50,517 nucleotides of DNA from Patescibacteria group bacterium UBA3458. Its GTDB lineage: Bacteria > Patescibacteriota > Minisyncoccia > Phycocordibacterales > UBA2100. The position numbers and the translations under genes were made by a program. The stretch lies in the NCBI GenBank assembly GCA_002378745.1, contig DFRR01000003.1, positions 1 to 50,517 on the forward strand, in the 5' to 3' direction. Below are positions 1 through 9,663 of this stretch, in pieces. The notes under the pieces were generated by a model, which was not told the DNA's origin, searched no databases, and was given only the letters and a program-made list of their open reading frames with translations. Numbering within the stretch: position 1 is the stretch's first letter; the number at the start of each line of letters is the position of its first letter.

Positions 1-469
1 GTATGTGGTTGAACGTGGCATTGTACGCTTCTCGCACCTCATCAACACCGGTTCGCAGGAGTTAACACTCGCCATTTCGCGCTCGCTCGGATGGAATTTC
101 GACCGAGCAGAACGTGCCAAGCGTGAGCAAGGACTTATGGTGCGTGAAGGCGCTGATGCGATTCAAGACAAACAGGTAAAAGAGGCTTTGTTATCAACAC
201 TTGGTCGTATTTTTTCAGAAGTGAATCGCGTACTATTAAGTTACGAGAAAAAGTACGGACGCAATGTTTCTCGAGTGGTACTGTCGGGAGGAGGAAGTGG
301 GTTGTACGGACTTTCCGAATACGCAGCTGGGGTCATCAATATCGATGTTGAACGCAGCGCCCCGTTTGAGAAAGTACAAACACCGGCATTCCTTGAAGAC
401 GTACTCGCAGAAGTCGGTCCAGAATTTGCAGTAGCGGTCGGTATCGCGTTGCGACGTATGCAGGGATAA
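1..469 (+). CDS. pilM: Type IV pilus assembly ATPase-like protein PilM, C-terminal part (5' end lies outside the window)
   Basis: The frame is open from the window edge. The actin-like ATPase tail 'VVLSGGGSGLYGLSEYAAGVINIDVERSAPF' is typical of PilM, and the gene heads a pilN/pilO/pilB-type operon. Confidence 0.75.
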   Translation, partial: YVVERGIVRFSHLINTGSQELTLAISRSLGWNFDRAERAKREQGLMVREGADAIQDKQVKEALLSTLGRIFSEVNRVLLSYEKKYGRNVSRVVLSGGGSGLYGLSEYAAGVINIDVERSAPFEKVQTPAFLEDVLAEVGPEFAVAVGIALRRMQG

Positions 470-512
470 ACGAAAAACAAATCGTTCTTTCACATTTTTT
501 TGAACACGAACC

Positions 513-1271
513 ATGGAGTCAAACATTAAAGCATCGTTTATACCAGACAAGCTCCCGACCGAAAACGGGCGTGGAAGACCGACACGAAACTCAAGCGGTA
601 GCGCGGTGGACATTTTAATGTTACTGGCGATCGTAGCGCTTGCTGTAGCGCTTGCACTTGCTGCCGGTGTATTCCTGTACTCAAGCTTCCTCACCTCGAA
701 TGTGCAAAGCAAGAGCGAACAACTCGCTCGTGCGCAGCAGGCGTTTGAGCCAGCACTGGTCGCAGAGCTGGTACGACTCGACGCACGACTCGACGCGGCA
801 AATACGGTACTTGCGCAGCACCTTGCGCCATCGGAAATCTTTAATCTACTCGAAGAGCTCACGTTACAGTCGGTATCATATTCTTCCATGGACTATGCGT
901 TGAGCGAAGACGGTACCATTACACTCAAGTTGCAAGGAAAAGCACGCAGCGTCAACGGCGTTGCATTGCAGGCAAGCGTGTTTGGACAGCATAATGCAAT
1001 CACGAATCCAATCTTTGGCGACCTCGACTTGGTTAGTGACGGTGTGGAGTTTACCGTAACCGCGACAGTGAACCCGGCGGCGTTACGCTACTCGACAGTA
1101 TTTCGACAGTACTCACAGGGTGTACAGACACCAGGCGTACCAACGCAGGAGACACTCCCGACTTCAACACAGCAAACGAATGAGATAACAACCGAAGATG
1201 CTGCAGACAGCGAAGAAGATTTCGGTGAGTTCGGTGGCGCATTACCAGGAGATACTGAAATAGCTCAATAG
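513..1271 (+). CDS. PilN-like bitopic membrane protein of the pilus alignment complex
   Basis: 252 aa with one N-proximal TM helix (ILMLLAIVALAVALALAAGVFLY). It sits between pilM and a PilO-like gene and has an acidic Thr/Gln-rich tail. The call rests on position and topology only. Confidence 0.45.
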   Translation: MESNIKASFIPDKLPTENGRGRPTRNSSGSAVDILMLLAIVALAVALALAAGVFLYSSFLTSNVQSKSEQLARAQQAFEPALVAELVRLDARLDAANTVLAQHLAPSEIFNLLEELTLQSVSYSSMDYALSEDGTITLKLQGKARSVNGVALQASVFGQHNAITNPIFGDLDLVSDGVEFTVTATVNPAALRYSTVFRQYSQGVQTPGVPTQETLPTSTQQTNEITTEDAADSEEDFGEFGGALPGDTEIAQ

Positions 1272-1275
1272 TTGT

Positions 1276-1860
1276 ATGACCAAAGCAATACTTTCAATTA
1301 TCTTCATTGGCGCGTCGATCATGATTTTTTCATTGTATGTACGTCCAACATACGACCAAGTGCAAGATAATCGGCTGGCAGTTGCACGTTTCGATGAGGC
1401 ACTCGCAAAAACTCGTGAAATTCAAGAATTGAAAAGTTCACTACTTTCACGATACAACCTTTTTGCGGGAAACAATCTCGAGCGATTGCAGAAGATGCTC
1501 CCGGATCATGTCGACAATGTGCGCTTGGTGCTCGACATGGACGGCATTGCTTCAAAGTACAACATCCGCATTCAAAACGTAGTGGTGCAAAACACTACCG
1601 ACGGTCGTACTGATCAAAATAGTACCGTCCTTAACGGTGGTGCTGCCGAGAATCGTCCCTACAGGTCACTTAACTTGCAGTTCGAAGTCATTGCAACCTA
1701 TGATGACTTCGTACTACTTATGCGCGACCTTGAAACCAGTCTCCGCATCGTTGACCTCACGTCATTGAGTGTGCGTCCACGAAATGATATTACCGGCGCA
1801 GGTATTGCTGGACCGGTCTATTCATTTGGTGTATCGCTCCGCACCTATTGGTTACCATAG
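1276..1860 (+). CDS. PilO-like pilus biogenesis membrane protein
   Basis: 194 aa with an N-terminal TM helix (ILSIIFIGASIMIFSLYV) followed by a predicted coiled coil. The start is 4 nt after the previous stop, and the operon position matches pilO. Confidence 0.5.
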   Translation: MTKAILSIIFIGASIMIFSLYVRPTYDQVQDNRLAVARFDEALAKTREIQELKSSLLSRYNLFAGNNLERLQKMLPDHVDNVRLVLDMDGIASKYNIRIQNVVVQNTTDGRTDQNSTVLNGGAAENRPYRSLNLQFEVIATYDDFVLLMRDLETSLRIVDLTSLSVRPRNDITGAGIAGPVYSFGVSLRTYWLP

Positions 1861-1869
1861 TATGTTTGT

Positions 1870-2223
1870 ATGTTAGATCTCATTAAACAAAACAAGATAA
1901 TCATCATCGTACTCATTGTTATCATCGGTGGGTTTGCGTGGTTTGGTCTTTCTGACCCGCAGCCAACCAACACATTGTTGAGTAGCCAGTCGCGAGCTAA
2001 CGCTCCCGCTGCAGAACAGGAGATTCTCCGAGTATTGCTTGATATGCGTTCTATTCGTCTCGACAGTTCTATTTTTGAAAATCCCGCATTCAGTTCGCTC
2101 CGAGACTACGGGCGAGAAATACTTCCTGAGCCGGTTGGTCGTACCAATCCGTTCGCACCGGCAACCGGCAACACGCAGCCGACCTCTGTAGATACTACGT
2201 CTGACACGATTCTAACGAGATAA
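1870..2223 (+). CDS. Small membrane-anchored protein of the pilus operon (function unknown)
   Basis: 117 aa with an N-terminal TM helix (IIIIVLIVIIGGFAWFGL). It is tightly packed between the PilO-like gene and pilB. Confidence 0.35.
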   Translation: MLDLIKQNKIIIIVLIVIIGGFAWFGLSDPQPTNTLLSSQSRANAPAAEQEILRVLLDMRSIRLDSSIFENPAFSSLRDYGREILPEPVGRTNPFAPATGNTQPTSVDTTSDTILTR

Positions 2224-2229
2224 TGACCT

Positions 2230-4029
2230 ATGGGGAACGATACCCTCATGCAAGGTCTGATACGCAACGGCACTCTCTCGAGAGAGGATGCCCAAATCGT
2301 ATTTGATAGTGCACAGAAAAGAAATATTCCCGTTGAAGAAGCACTTCGGGAAGTTGGTGTTACCCAAGACGCTATTCTTAATGCCAAAGCGGGAAACACC
2401 GGTGTGCCTACTCGAATGCTTGAAGACGAACAGATCCCTTTTTCTATTCTTGAGCATATTCCCGAAGAATCAGCACGACACTATTCGATGGTGCCGCTTG
2501 GTGTTGTTGATGGTGTATTGGAAGTGGGAATGGTTGATCCGGAAAACATGGACGCCGTGGATGCTCTCAACTTCCTTGCGCGCAAAAAAGGACTCCCATA
2601 CAAGATTTTTCTTATCTCAGAAGCTGATTTTCAAGACGTACTTAAAATGTATGACTCGCTCGGCGGCGAAGTCGGGCGAGCGCTCACCGAGTTGGAAAGT
2701 GAGTTCTCTGAAGACCAAAAGAATATCCAGGCAGCTATTGATGAACAAGAGCAAAGCGATGAGACAAACATAAAAGAAGACGCGCCGGTCATTAAGATTG
2801 TCGCCACCATCTTGCGGTATGCGGTTGATGGACGAGCGTCTGACGTACACATTGAGCGCACTGACAAATTGGTAAAAGTACGCTTCCGTGTAGACGGTAT
2901 TTTGCATACGTCCCTCACGCTCCCGGTTAATGTGCATCAAGCAATCGTTGCGCGCATCAAGGTGTTGTCGTCAATGCGACTCGATGAACGCCGGAAACCA
3001 CAGGACGGACGATTTTCTGCCAAGATTGGCGGGCATCGTATCGACTTTCGTGTTTCAACATTCCCGGCGGCAAACGGCGAGAAAATTGTGATGCGTATTC
3101 TTGACCGCGATCGCGGCTTCATTCCGTTGGAGGACATTGGACTCTCTCCTGATAACCTGCAGAAAATTCGTGATGCAATCGCAAAGCCACACGGACTCAT
3201 CTTGATTTCCGGTCCGACCGGTTCGGGTAAGTCGACAACGCTGTACTCGATGCTTGCCGAACTCGACAGAGAAACTAAAAACGTACTTTCACTAGAAGAT
3301 CCGGTTGAATACTTCATTGAGGGCGTGAGTCAATCGCAAGTGCGACCGGAAATCGGATACACTTTTGCAAACGGACTTCGCACCACACTTCGCCAGGACC
3401 CTGACATCATCATGGTGGGGGAGATTCGTGATGCGGAGACTGCAAAGCTCGCGGTGCAGGCCGCACTTACTGGACACCTCGTACTCTCTACTATTCACAC
3501 GAACTCAGCAATCGGTGTGATTCCGCGTTTGGTAGACATGGGTGTTGACCCATTCCTTATTGCGCCAACATTGGTCCTTGCGGTTGCACAACGCTTGGTG
3601 CGCAAGACATGTGATGGTGCACAAGACCCACAACCAATTAACGAAAGTACTCGGGTAATGCTTGAAAAACAGTTTGCTGATTTGCCCGACAAATATCGTC
3701 CGACTATTCCGGATACGTTGTATGAAGCAAAACCAACAGAGGAGTGTCCAAACGGACTACGCGGTCGTCTCGCCGTATTTGAATTATTGCCAATGAATCC
3801 GGAACTTGAGCATCAGGTGTTGACCGACCCAACCGAAGAAAAGGTACAAGAAGTAGCACGACGCAACGGCATGCTTACGATGAAAGAGGATGCAATACTT
3901 AAATCGTTCCAAGGGAAGATTCCATTTACCGAGGCAAACAAGCTCAGTGGTGCACTCTTAGCGGAAGAAGTCGTTGCAGACCTCGCACAGATGAAAAAGG
4001 CAGACGGAGGTACGGAGAAAGGGGTCTAG
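2230..4029 (+). CDS. pilB: Type IV pilus assembly (extension) ATPase PilB / GspE family
   Basis: 599 aa with a GSPII_E N-terminal domain, Walker A 'GPTGSGKSTT', an Asp box and Walker B 'IIMVGEIRD', a His box 'TGHLVLSTIHTN' and a C-terminal Cys motif. Confidence 0.9.
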   Translation: MGNDTLMQGLIRNGTLSREDAQIVFDSAQKRNIPVEEALREVGVTQDAILNAKAGNTGVPTRMLEDEQIPFSILEHIPEESARHYSMVPLGVVDGVLEVGMVDPENMDAVDALNFLARKKGLPYKIFLISEADFQDVLKMYDSLGGEVGRALTELESEFSEDQKNIQAAIDEQEQSDETNIKEDAPVIKIVATILRYAVDGRASDVHIERTDKLVKVRFRVDGILHTSLTLPVNVHQAIVARIKVLSSMRLDERRKPQDGRFSAKIGGHRIDFRVSTFPAANGEKIVMRILDRDRGFIPLEDIGLSPDNLQKIRDAIAKPHGLILISGPTGSGKSTTLYSMLAELDRETKNVLSLEDPVEYFIEGVSQSQVRPEIGYTFANGLRTTLRQDPDIIMVGEIRDAETAKLAVQAALTGHLVLSTIHTNSAIGVIPRLVDMGVDPFLIAPTLVLAVAQRLVRKTCDGAQDPQPINESTRVMLEKQFADLPDKYRPTIPDTLYEAKPTEECPNGLRGRLAVFELLPMNPELEHQVLTDPTEEKVQEVARRNGMLTMKEDAILKSFQGKIPFTEANKLSGALLAEEVVADLAQMKKADGGTEKGV

Positions 4030-4065
4030 GGGAGTGCGTATAAATATGCTACGCTAACGAGAATC

Positions 4066-4467
4066 ATGGTAGACGATACGAAATACAACATTTTGTTTGT
4101 TGACGACGACGAGTTTCTCGTAGATATGTACTCACTAAAATTCTCTCAGGCAGGGCACCATATTCAGGCCGTGCGCAGTGCCGAGGCCGCCCTTGAGCGA
4201 CTACATGAGGAGGGTTATACGCCCGATGCGGTAGTATTTGACCTCGTCATGCCAAAAATGGATGGCTTCGACTTGCTGAAAGAGATTCAAAAACAACAAC
4301 TTGCGAAAGGTGCTGCACTGATTGTGCTCTCAAACCAAGGTGAAGCTGAAAGCTTGGCAAAAGCAAAAGCACTTGGTGCAACCGGACACATCATAAAAGC
4401 AAACGCGATTCCTTCTGAGGTCTTAAAGTTGGTTGAAAATATCATACGCACCAATCGGAACGTATAA
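4066..4467 (+). CDS. Single-domain response regulator (CheY-like receiver, PilH-like position)
   Basis: 133 aa. The acidic pocket is 'ILFVDDDEF', the phospho-acceptor context is 'VVFDLVMPKMDGFDLL', and a conserved Lys sits in 'GHIIKA'. There is no output domain. Confidence 0.85.
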   Translation: MVDDTKYNILFVDDDEFLVDMYSLKFSQAGHHIQAVRSAEAALERLHEEGYTPDAVVFDLVMPKMDGFDLLKEIQKQQLAKGAALIVLSNQGEAESLAKAKALGATGHIIKANAIPSEVLKLVENIIRTNRNV

Positions 4468-4552
4468 CGCGGTTTGATTGCTCGTGTTCTACACACATAC
4501 GCGTGTACCTTTGCATAGAGTATGCGCTACAATGTATACATCATAATGTTGT

Positions 4553-5614
4553 ATGGATCCTGATCGTTCATTAAAAAAGTTTATCAATATTCTCATAAAC
4601 GAAGGAGGTTCAGACCTGCACCTCACGGCTGAGTCGCATCCAACCATTCGTGTCGCTGGCTCACTTATTTCGCTCACTAAGGAGCCTATTCTTACCGGGA
4701 AAGAAACCATGGCGCTTTTGGGCACGATGATTACCAAAGATGAGCAAGAGGCGTTCATCGAGCAAAAGGAAATAGACTTTTCATATCAACTCGAAGATGG
4801 TAACCGATTCCGCTGCAATGCATTCTTCCAACGTGGTGCAGTCGGTGTCGCGATGCGTCTTATTCCTCGTGAGATCCGTACGGTTTCTGAGCTCGGACTA
4901 CCACCGATCCTTGAGAGCTTTGCTCGTCGCACACAAGGGTTCTTTCTCGTTGTCGGACCAGTCGGGCAGGGTAAAACGACGACTTTGGCATCATTGATAG
5001 AGCTTATTAATCAGGAGCGAGCAGAGCATATCGTTACCATCGAAGACCCAATCGAATACATATTCGAACCAAAGCGCTCACTCATCGATCAGCGAGAAGT
5101 AAAAATTGATACAAAGAACTTTGCATCCGCTTTGCAGGGGGCATTCCGGCAGGACATCGACGTACTGCTCATCGGTGAAATGCGCGGGCCGGAAACCATG
5201 GCTGCAGCGGTAACGGCTGCAGAAACAGGACACCTCGTATTCTCAACGCTACACACAAACAATGCTCCACAGACGGTAAACCGTATCATCGATTCATTCC
5301 CAGGAGACCAGCAAAACCAAATTCGGTTGCAGCTCGCATCATCGCTTGCTGGCATCTTCTCACAGCGTCTTATTCCTCGCATTGGCGGTGGAGTCGTACC
5401 CGCATATGAGTTGCTTGTGGCAAACAAAGCAGTTGCCAACCTCATTCGTGAAAAGCGAACACATGAACTTGGTACGGTTATTGAGACCGGTGCGCAGGAA
5501 GGAATGATTGATATGAACCGCTCACTCGCAGAGCTTGTTGCACGCGGTGAGATTAGCGCTGACAGCGCGTACCAATACTCGCTGAATCCACAAGTTCTTG
5601 ACCGTTTGTTGTAA
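4553..5614 (+). CDS. pilT: Type IV pilus retraction ATPase PilT
   Basis: 353 aa with Walker A 'GPVGQGKTTT', 'LLIGEMRGPET', 'TGHLVFSTLHTNNA' and the PilT-type C-terminal 'AxxLIRE' motif ('AVANLIREKRTHEL'). Confidence 0.9.
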   Translation: MDPDRSLKKFINILINEGGSDLHLTAESHPTIRVAGSLISLTKEPILTGKETMALLGTMITKDEQEAFIEQKEIDFSYQLEDGNRFRCNAFFQRGAVGVAMRLIPREIRTVSELGLPPILESFARRTQGFFLVVGPVGQGKTTTLASLIELINQERAEHIVTIEDPIEYIFEPKRSLIDQREVKIDTKNFASALQGAFRQDIDVLLIGEMRGPETMAAAVTAAETGHLVFSTLHTNNAPQTVNRIIDSFPGDQQNQIRLQLASSLAGIFSQRLIPRIGGGVVPAYELLVANKAVANLIREKRTHELGTVIETGAQEGMIDMNRSLAELVARGEISADSAYQYSLNPQVLDRLL

Positions 5615-5623
5615 TATCTTTCT

Positions 5624-6832
5624 ATGGCACTTTTTTACTACACCGCAATTGATGCAGAAGGCAAAGAACGCAAAGGAAGTATTGATGCAATCAATAAGGA
5701 CGTTGCAGTCACTGCCTTGCAGCGCCGTGGACTGACGCTTTCGTCAATCACGCCGGCCGAATCGAACTCGTTCTTTCAAATGCGCCTCAGTTTTTTTGAG
5801 CGCGTCAAAAACAAAGATATCGTTATTTTGTCACGTCAAATAACTACGCTGTTTGAAGCGCAGGTATCTGCACTTCGGGCGTTTCGTTTGCTTGCTGCGG
5901 AAAGCGGAAGCCCGCTCTTACAAGACAAACTTAATGAAATTGCGAACGACATCCAGAGCGGTTCAACGATTGCTGATGCGTTAGGCAAGCACCCGAAAGT
6001 ATTCAGTGATTTCTACGTTGCCATGGTGCGTGCAGGTGAAGAGACAGGACGACTGGATGAGGCGTTCGCGTTTCTCGCCGACTATCTCGACAGAACATAT
6101 GAAGTTACCTCTAAAGCACGAAACGCACTTATTTATCCAGCGTTTGTTATCATCACTTTTATTTCAGTAATGGTGCTGATGCTCACAACTGTTATCCCGC
6201 GACTTGCGGATATTTTACTTGAGAGTGGGCAGGAGGTGCCAATATACACCAAAATAGTTATTGGGCTCGCACAGTTCCTCACCAACTATTCATGGTTGCT
6301 CGGCATTGCGTTGGTATTCGGTGGAGTCCTTGTGTATCGATTTATCCAAACCGAATCAGGAAAGAAACGTCTCGCACATGCGCGTTTGGGTGTGCCCTAC
6401 GTCGGTGATTTATACCGGAAACTCTACATGTCTCGCATTGCGGACAGTTTGAGTACTACACTCTCAAGTGGTATTCAACTCGTGCGTGGCATGGAAATTA
6501 GTGCCGCCGTCGTTGGTGATCCTGCGTATCGAGAAATCTTGCTTCAAATCGCACAAGAAATCCAAAGTGGACGACCGGCGTCTGAAGTGTTTGCAAACTA
6601 TGACGAATTCCCTGGCATTGTTATTGCCATGATTAAAGTGGGAGAAGAAACAGGAGACCTCAGTAATATCTTGAAAACAATGGCAAAGTTTTACCAACGA
6701 GAAGTTTCAAACGCTGTTGATACGCTCGTGTCCCTCATTGAGCCGCTCATGATTGTTCTTATGGGTGTTGGCGTTGGTTTGCTTTTGGCGTCGGTATTGG
6801 TGCCAATATACAATATCTCTGCCGGGTTGTAG
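5624..6832 (+). CDS. pilC: Type IV pilus platform protein PilC (GspF family)
   Basis: 402 aa with two GspF repeats ('LSRQITTLFEAQVS...', 'MIKVGEETGDL') and three TM segments. Confidence 0.9.
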   Translation: MALFYYTAIDAEGKERKGSIDAINKDVAVTALQRRGLTLSSITPAESNSFFQMRLSFFERVKNKDIVILSRQITTLFEAQVSALRAFRLLAAESGSPLLQDKLNEIANDIQSGSTIADALGKHPKVFSDFYVAMVRAGEETGRLDEAFAFLADYLDRTYEVTSKARNALIYPAFVIITFISVMVLMLTTVIPRLADILLESGQEVPIYTKIVIGLAQFLTNYSWLLGIALVFGGVLVYRFIQTESGKKRLAHARLGVPYVGDLYRKLYMSRIADSLSTTLSSGIQLVRGMEISAAVVGDPAYREILLQIAQEIQSGRPASEVFANYDEFPGIVIAMIKVGEETGDLSNILKTMAKFYQREVSNAVDTLVSLIEPLMIVLMGVGVGLLLASVLVPIYNISAGL

Positions 6833-7054
6833 GCTGTACTCTAAGACACTCCTTAACGAGGGGAGTGCGGGAACGGATTGCCGTGATACAATGTTATCCA
6901 CATAGCGACGCAAATATACAGCCTTGGTGTCGCTATAATGTCAGTATACAAGGCAGAGGACTGGTCGTTCATGGTCTTGGAGCTGCACGAAAGCGTTTAC
7001 AAGCATTAGTGTACAAGGTCACATATTCTTATAATTAAATTTTAGAACCATTTT

Positions 7055-7480
7055 ATGAATCTTTTTAGTAACAAAAATCGCGGTTTCACTCTTATTGAGC
7101 TCTTGGTGGTAATCGCCATCATCGGAATTCTCTCGTCTGTGGTGCTTGCATCACTTAACAGCGCTCGTCAGAAGTCACGAGATGCGCGTCGTATCGGTGA
7201 CATAAAACAACTGCAGCTTGCGCTCGAGATGTACTACGACTCAAACAGTGGATACCCATCGTCAACTGCGGCATTGGTGCCTGACTATATTCCAGTGCAG
7301 CCAGCTGACCCACAAACTGACGCTGCGTACACATATGCAGTAAGTGGTACCTCAAACTACGTACTTCGTGCAACACTCGAATCAGAGCACAGTGCCCTTG
7401 GTTCAGACATCGATGGTACCGTCTTCTCAGTAGACTGTACTGATGACTCAGCTCCGTACTACTACTGTGTGCAACCGTAA
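7055..7480 (+). CDS. Major type IV pilin (prepilin with class III signal peptide)
   Basis: The N-terminus is 'MNLFSNKNRG|FTLIELLVVIAIIGILSSVVLASLNSARQKSRDARR', a prepilin cleavage/methylation motif with Glu at +5. A strong terminator follows the gene. Confidence 0.85.
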   Translation: MNLFSNKNRGFTLIELLVVIAIIGILSSVVLASLNSARQKSRDARRIGDIKQLQLALEMYYDSNSGYPSSTAALVPDYIPVQPADPQTDAAYTYAVSGTSNYVLRATLESEHSALGSDIDGTVFSVDCTDDSAPYYYCVQP

Positions 7481-7501
7481 TACGGTTTAGCATACACATT
7501 A

Positions 7502-7529
7502 CAAAAAGCGCCTATAGGCGCTTTTTGTA
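7502..7529 (+). terminator. Rho-independent terminator after the pilin gene
   Basis: Perfect hairpin 'aaaaagcgcc tat aggcgcttttt', flanked by an A-run and a T-run (bidirectional shape). Confidence 0.75.
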
Positions 7530-7552
7530 TTGGCACTTCTGTACAGTCTTCA

Positions 7553-8413
7553 ATGGGTATGTGCGTAGTGCTCGTGTATACTTTACGTATGATATATGCC
7601 GAACTTGTCGTTATTGCCACACTCGGCGCAATCGTAGGAAGTTTTCTTAATGTATGTATTTTACGATTGCACACCGGTCGCTCAACTTCTGGAAGAAGCG
7701 GCTGCATGTGTTGCGGGACGCAACTTACTTGGAAAGAACTCATTCCCGTCTTCTCGTTCCTAAAACAGCGTGGTCGTTGTGTATCGTGTGGTAGCCGTAT
7801 ATCGAACCAATACTGGATTGTTGAGCTTCTCACTGCCATATTGTTTGTTCTCGTATGGCTTCAGTACATACCGCTGCTGGCTACACTCGTTGGGTGGGCG
7901 ATGGTAGGAACCTTGGTAGTTATTGCGATTTACGATATTAAACATACGATTGTTCCAAACAGCGCCGTTTATACATTCATTGGTCTTGCCGCACTAGCCA
8001 ATATTCCACTACTGGGCACATTTATGCCCGCTGAGCTTTCGATGCATGTATTGTTCGTACTGATAAGTGGCATTCTTGTTGCACTCCCGCTGTTTCTTTT
8101 GTGGCTCGTGTCGAGCGGCCGCTGGATGGGATTTGGGGATGTGAAGCTTGCAGTCGGATTTGGGTTAGCGCTTGGTGCGTATGATGGGCTCATGGCATTG
8201 ATATTCGGGTTTATTGTCGGAGCAATTGTTGGAGTAGCGTTGATGTATGCTCAGAAAGTTATAAAGCGACTACCATTGAGCACACATATAACGCGTCTTA
8301 CAATGAGTAGCGAGATTCCGTTCGCGCCATTTCTCATAACGGGTTTCTTTCTCGTTTGGTTTTTCGATGCAGATCTCATCGCACTGATACAGCTCTTTTA
8401 TGACTCTATTTAA
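7553..8413 (+). CDS. pilD: Prepilin peptidase / N-methyltransferase PilD (A24 family)
   Basis: The N-terminus has 'GAIVGSFLNVCILRL', the zinc motif is 'CMCCGTQL...CVSCG', there are multiple TM helices, and 'GFGDVKL' provides the catalytic Asp context. The true start may be the internal Met at 7589. Confidence 0.85.
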   Translation: MGMCVVLVYTLRMIYAELVVIATLGAIVGSFLNVCILRLHTGRSTSGRSGCMCCGTQLTWKELIPVFSFLKQRGRCVSCGSRISNQYWIVELLTAILFVLVWLQYIPLLATLVGWAMVGTLVVIAIYDIKHTIVPNSAVYTFIGLAALANIPLLGTFMPAELSMHVLFVLISGILVALPLFLLWLVSSGRWMGFGDVKLAVGFGLALGAYDGLMALIFGFIVGAIVGVALMYAQKVIKRLPLSTHITRLTMSSEIPFAPFLITGFFLVWFFDADLIALIQLFYDSI

Positions 8414-9011
8414 AAAATACACGCGCTCGATTTCACCATATTCAGCACATGCTGGCTTCACGCTCATTGAGCTTATTGTAGTTGTTGGTATTCTTGCCGT
8501 TATTTCAGGAATCACGCTCACGAGTTATTCGAGGTTTGGTGGGCAGGTATTGTTACGAAACCTTGCATATGACGTCGCGCTCTCAATTCGACAAGCACAG
8601 GTATATGGAATCTCGGCACGAAGTTTTCTTGGGTCACAGTTTAGTTCTGGACATGGTGTTTATTTCAGTTTTTTGGAAGGGAATGATCAATTTTTCATGT
8701 ATGCTGATGTTGACGGGAATAATTTTTTTACTAGCATCGCAACTGAATGGATAGAGACCTATGCTATCGGGCGTGGGTATACGATTGAAAGTTTGTGCGT
8801 ACCAAGTGGTGCGACAACAGAGGACTGTACGGTTACAAAGCTCGACATCTTGTTCAAACGCCCTGAGCCAGATGCGATTATTCGTGCTTCATTTGGTTCA
8901 GCATTTAATCAGTATGATCGTGCGCGTATCGTGATACGCTCCCCACAAGGACAGCGTTTGAGCATTTTTGTAGAAACAACCGGTCAGATTTCTGTACAGC
9001 GATATGAATAA
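8400..9011 (+). CDS. Minor pilin / pseudopilin (GspH/FimT-like)
   Basis: Contains the prepilin motif 'AHAG|FTLIELIVVVGILAVISG' and overlaps the pilD stop. Confidence 0.7.
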   Translation: MTLFKKYTRSISPYSAHAGFTLIELIVVVGILAVISGITLTSYSRFGGQVLLRNLAYDVALSIRQAQVYGISARSFLGSQFSSGHGVYFSFLEGNDQFFMYADVDGNNFFTSIATEWIETYAIGRGYTIESLCVPSGATTEDCTVTKLDILFKRPEPDAIIRASFGSAFNQYDRARIVIRSPQGQRLSIFVETTGQISVQRYE

Positions 9012-9663
9012 TAACCATATGTATATCCAGAATACACAGCACTATACGCAACACGGACAACGAGGATTCACGCTCGTTGAGATGATGGTGGCGGTTTCCT
9101 TATTTGCTATCGTCATGACGGTGAGTGTCGGTGCACTACTCTCAATGGTTGATGCAAACAGGAAAGCACAAGCATTACAATCTGTGATGAATAACCTCAA
9201 CGTCGCGCTCGACGGGATGGTGCGAAACATCCGCATGGGAAATGGCTATCACTGCGGTAGTGCTGACGAGACAAGTAAGCCAGGGCTCAGTACACGAAGA
9301 GATTGTGTCAGTGGTGGAGAATTACTCGCGTTTGAAGCCTTTGGTAACTCAGCAAACGACACCGGCGACCAGTGGGTATATTGGTTTGAAAACGGACGTA
9401 TTTATAAGTCGGAAGATGGACGTTCAACTGGTTTGCCAATTACTGCGCCCGAAATCCAAATCGATTACTTCCAAGTGTTTGTTACTGGAGCGGAGAATAC
9501 ACTCAATGATGGGGGAGACACGACTCAACCGAAAGTCGTCCTTACGATACAAGGAACTGCAGGAGCAGAAGGAAATGCTTTCGGTGTTATTGGGGATGAT
9601 GAGAATGTGCGTACCACATTTAATATTCAGGCAGTTGCATCTCAGCGTTTACTTGACCTATGA
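9004..9663 (+). CDS. Minor pilin (PilW/GspJ-like)
   Basis: Contains the prepilin motif 'GQRG|FTLVEMMVAVSLFAIVM' and overlaps the previous gene by 8 nt. Confidence 0.7.
   Translation: MNNNHMYIQNTQHYTQHGQRGFTLVEMMVAVSLFAIVMTVSVGALLSMVDANRKAQALQSVMNNLNVALDGMVRNIRMGNGYHCGSADETSKPGLSTRRDCVSGGELLAFEAFGNSANDTGDQWVYWFENGRIYKSEDGRSTGLPITAPEIQIDYFQVFVTGAENTLNDGGDTTQPKVVLTIQGTAGAEGNAFGVIGDDENVRTTFNIQAVASQRLLDL

Noticed and set aside
236-889. 217-aa minus-strand ORF (and the 241-480 ORF) opposite pilM and the PilN-like gene. The same applies to many other antisense or alternate-frame ORFs in the track, for example 2937-3317, 5089-5445, 11729-12103, 12869-13321, 21891-22304, 34869-35339 and 45883-46383.
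   Set aside because: These ORFs are Ser/Ala/Arg-rich low-complexity translations lying antisense to ORFs with clear family motifs. They are typical shadow ORFs.
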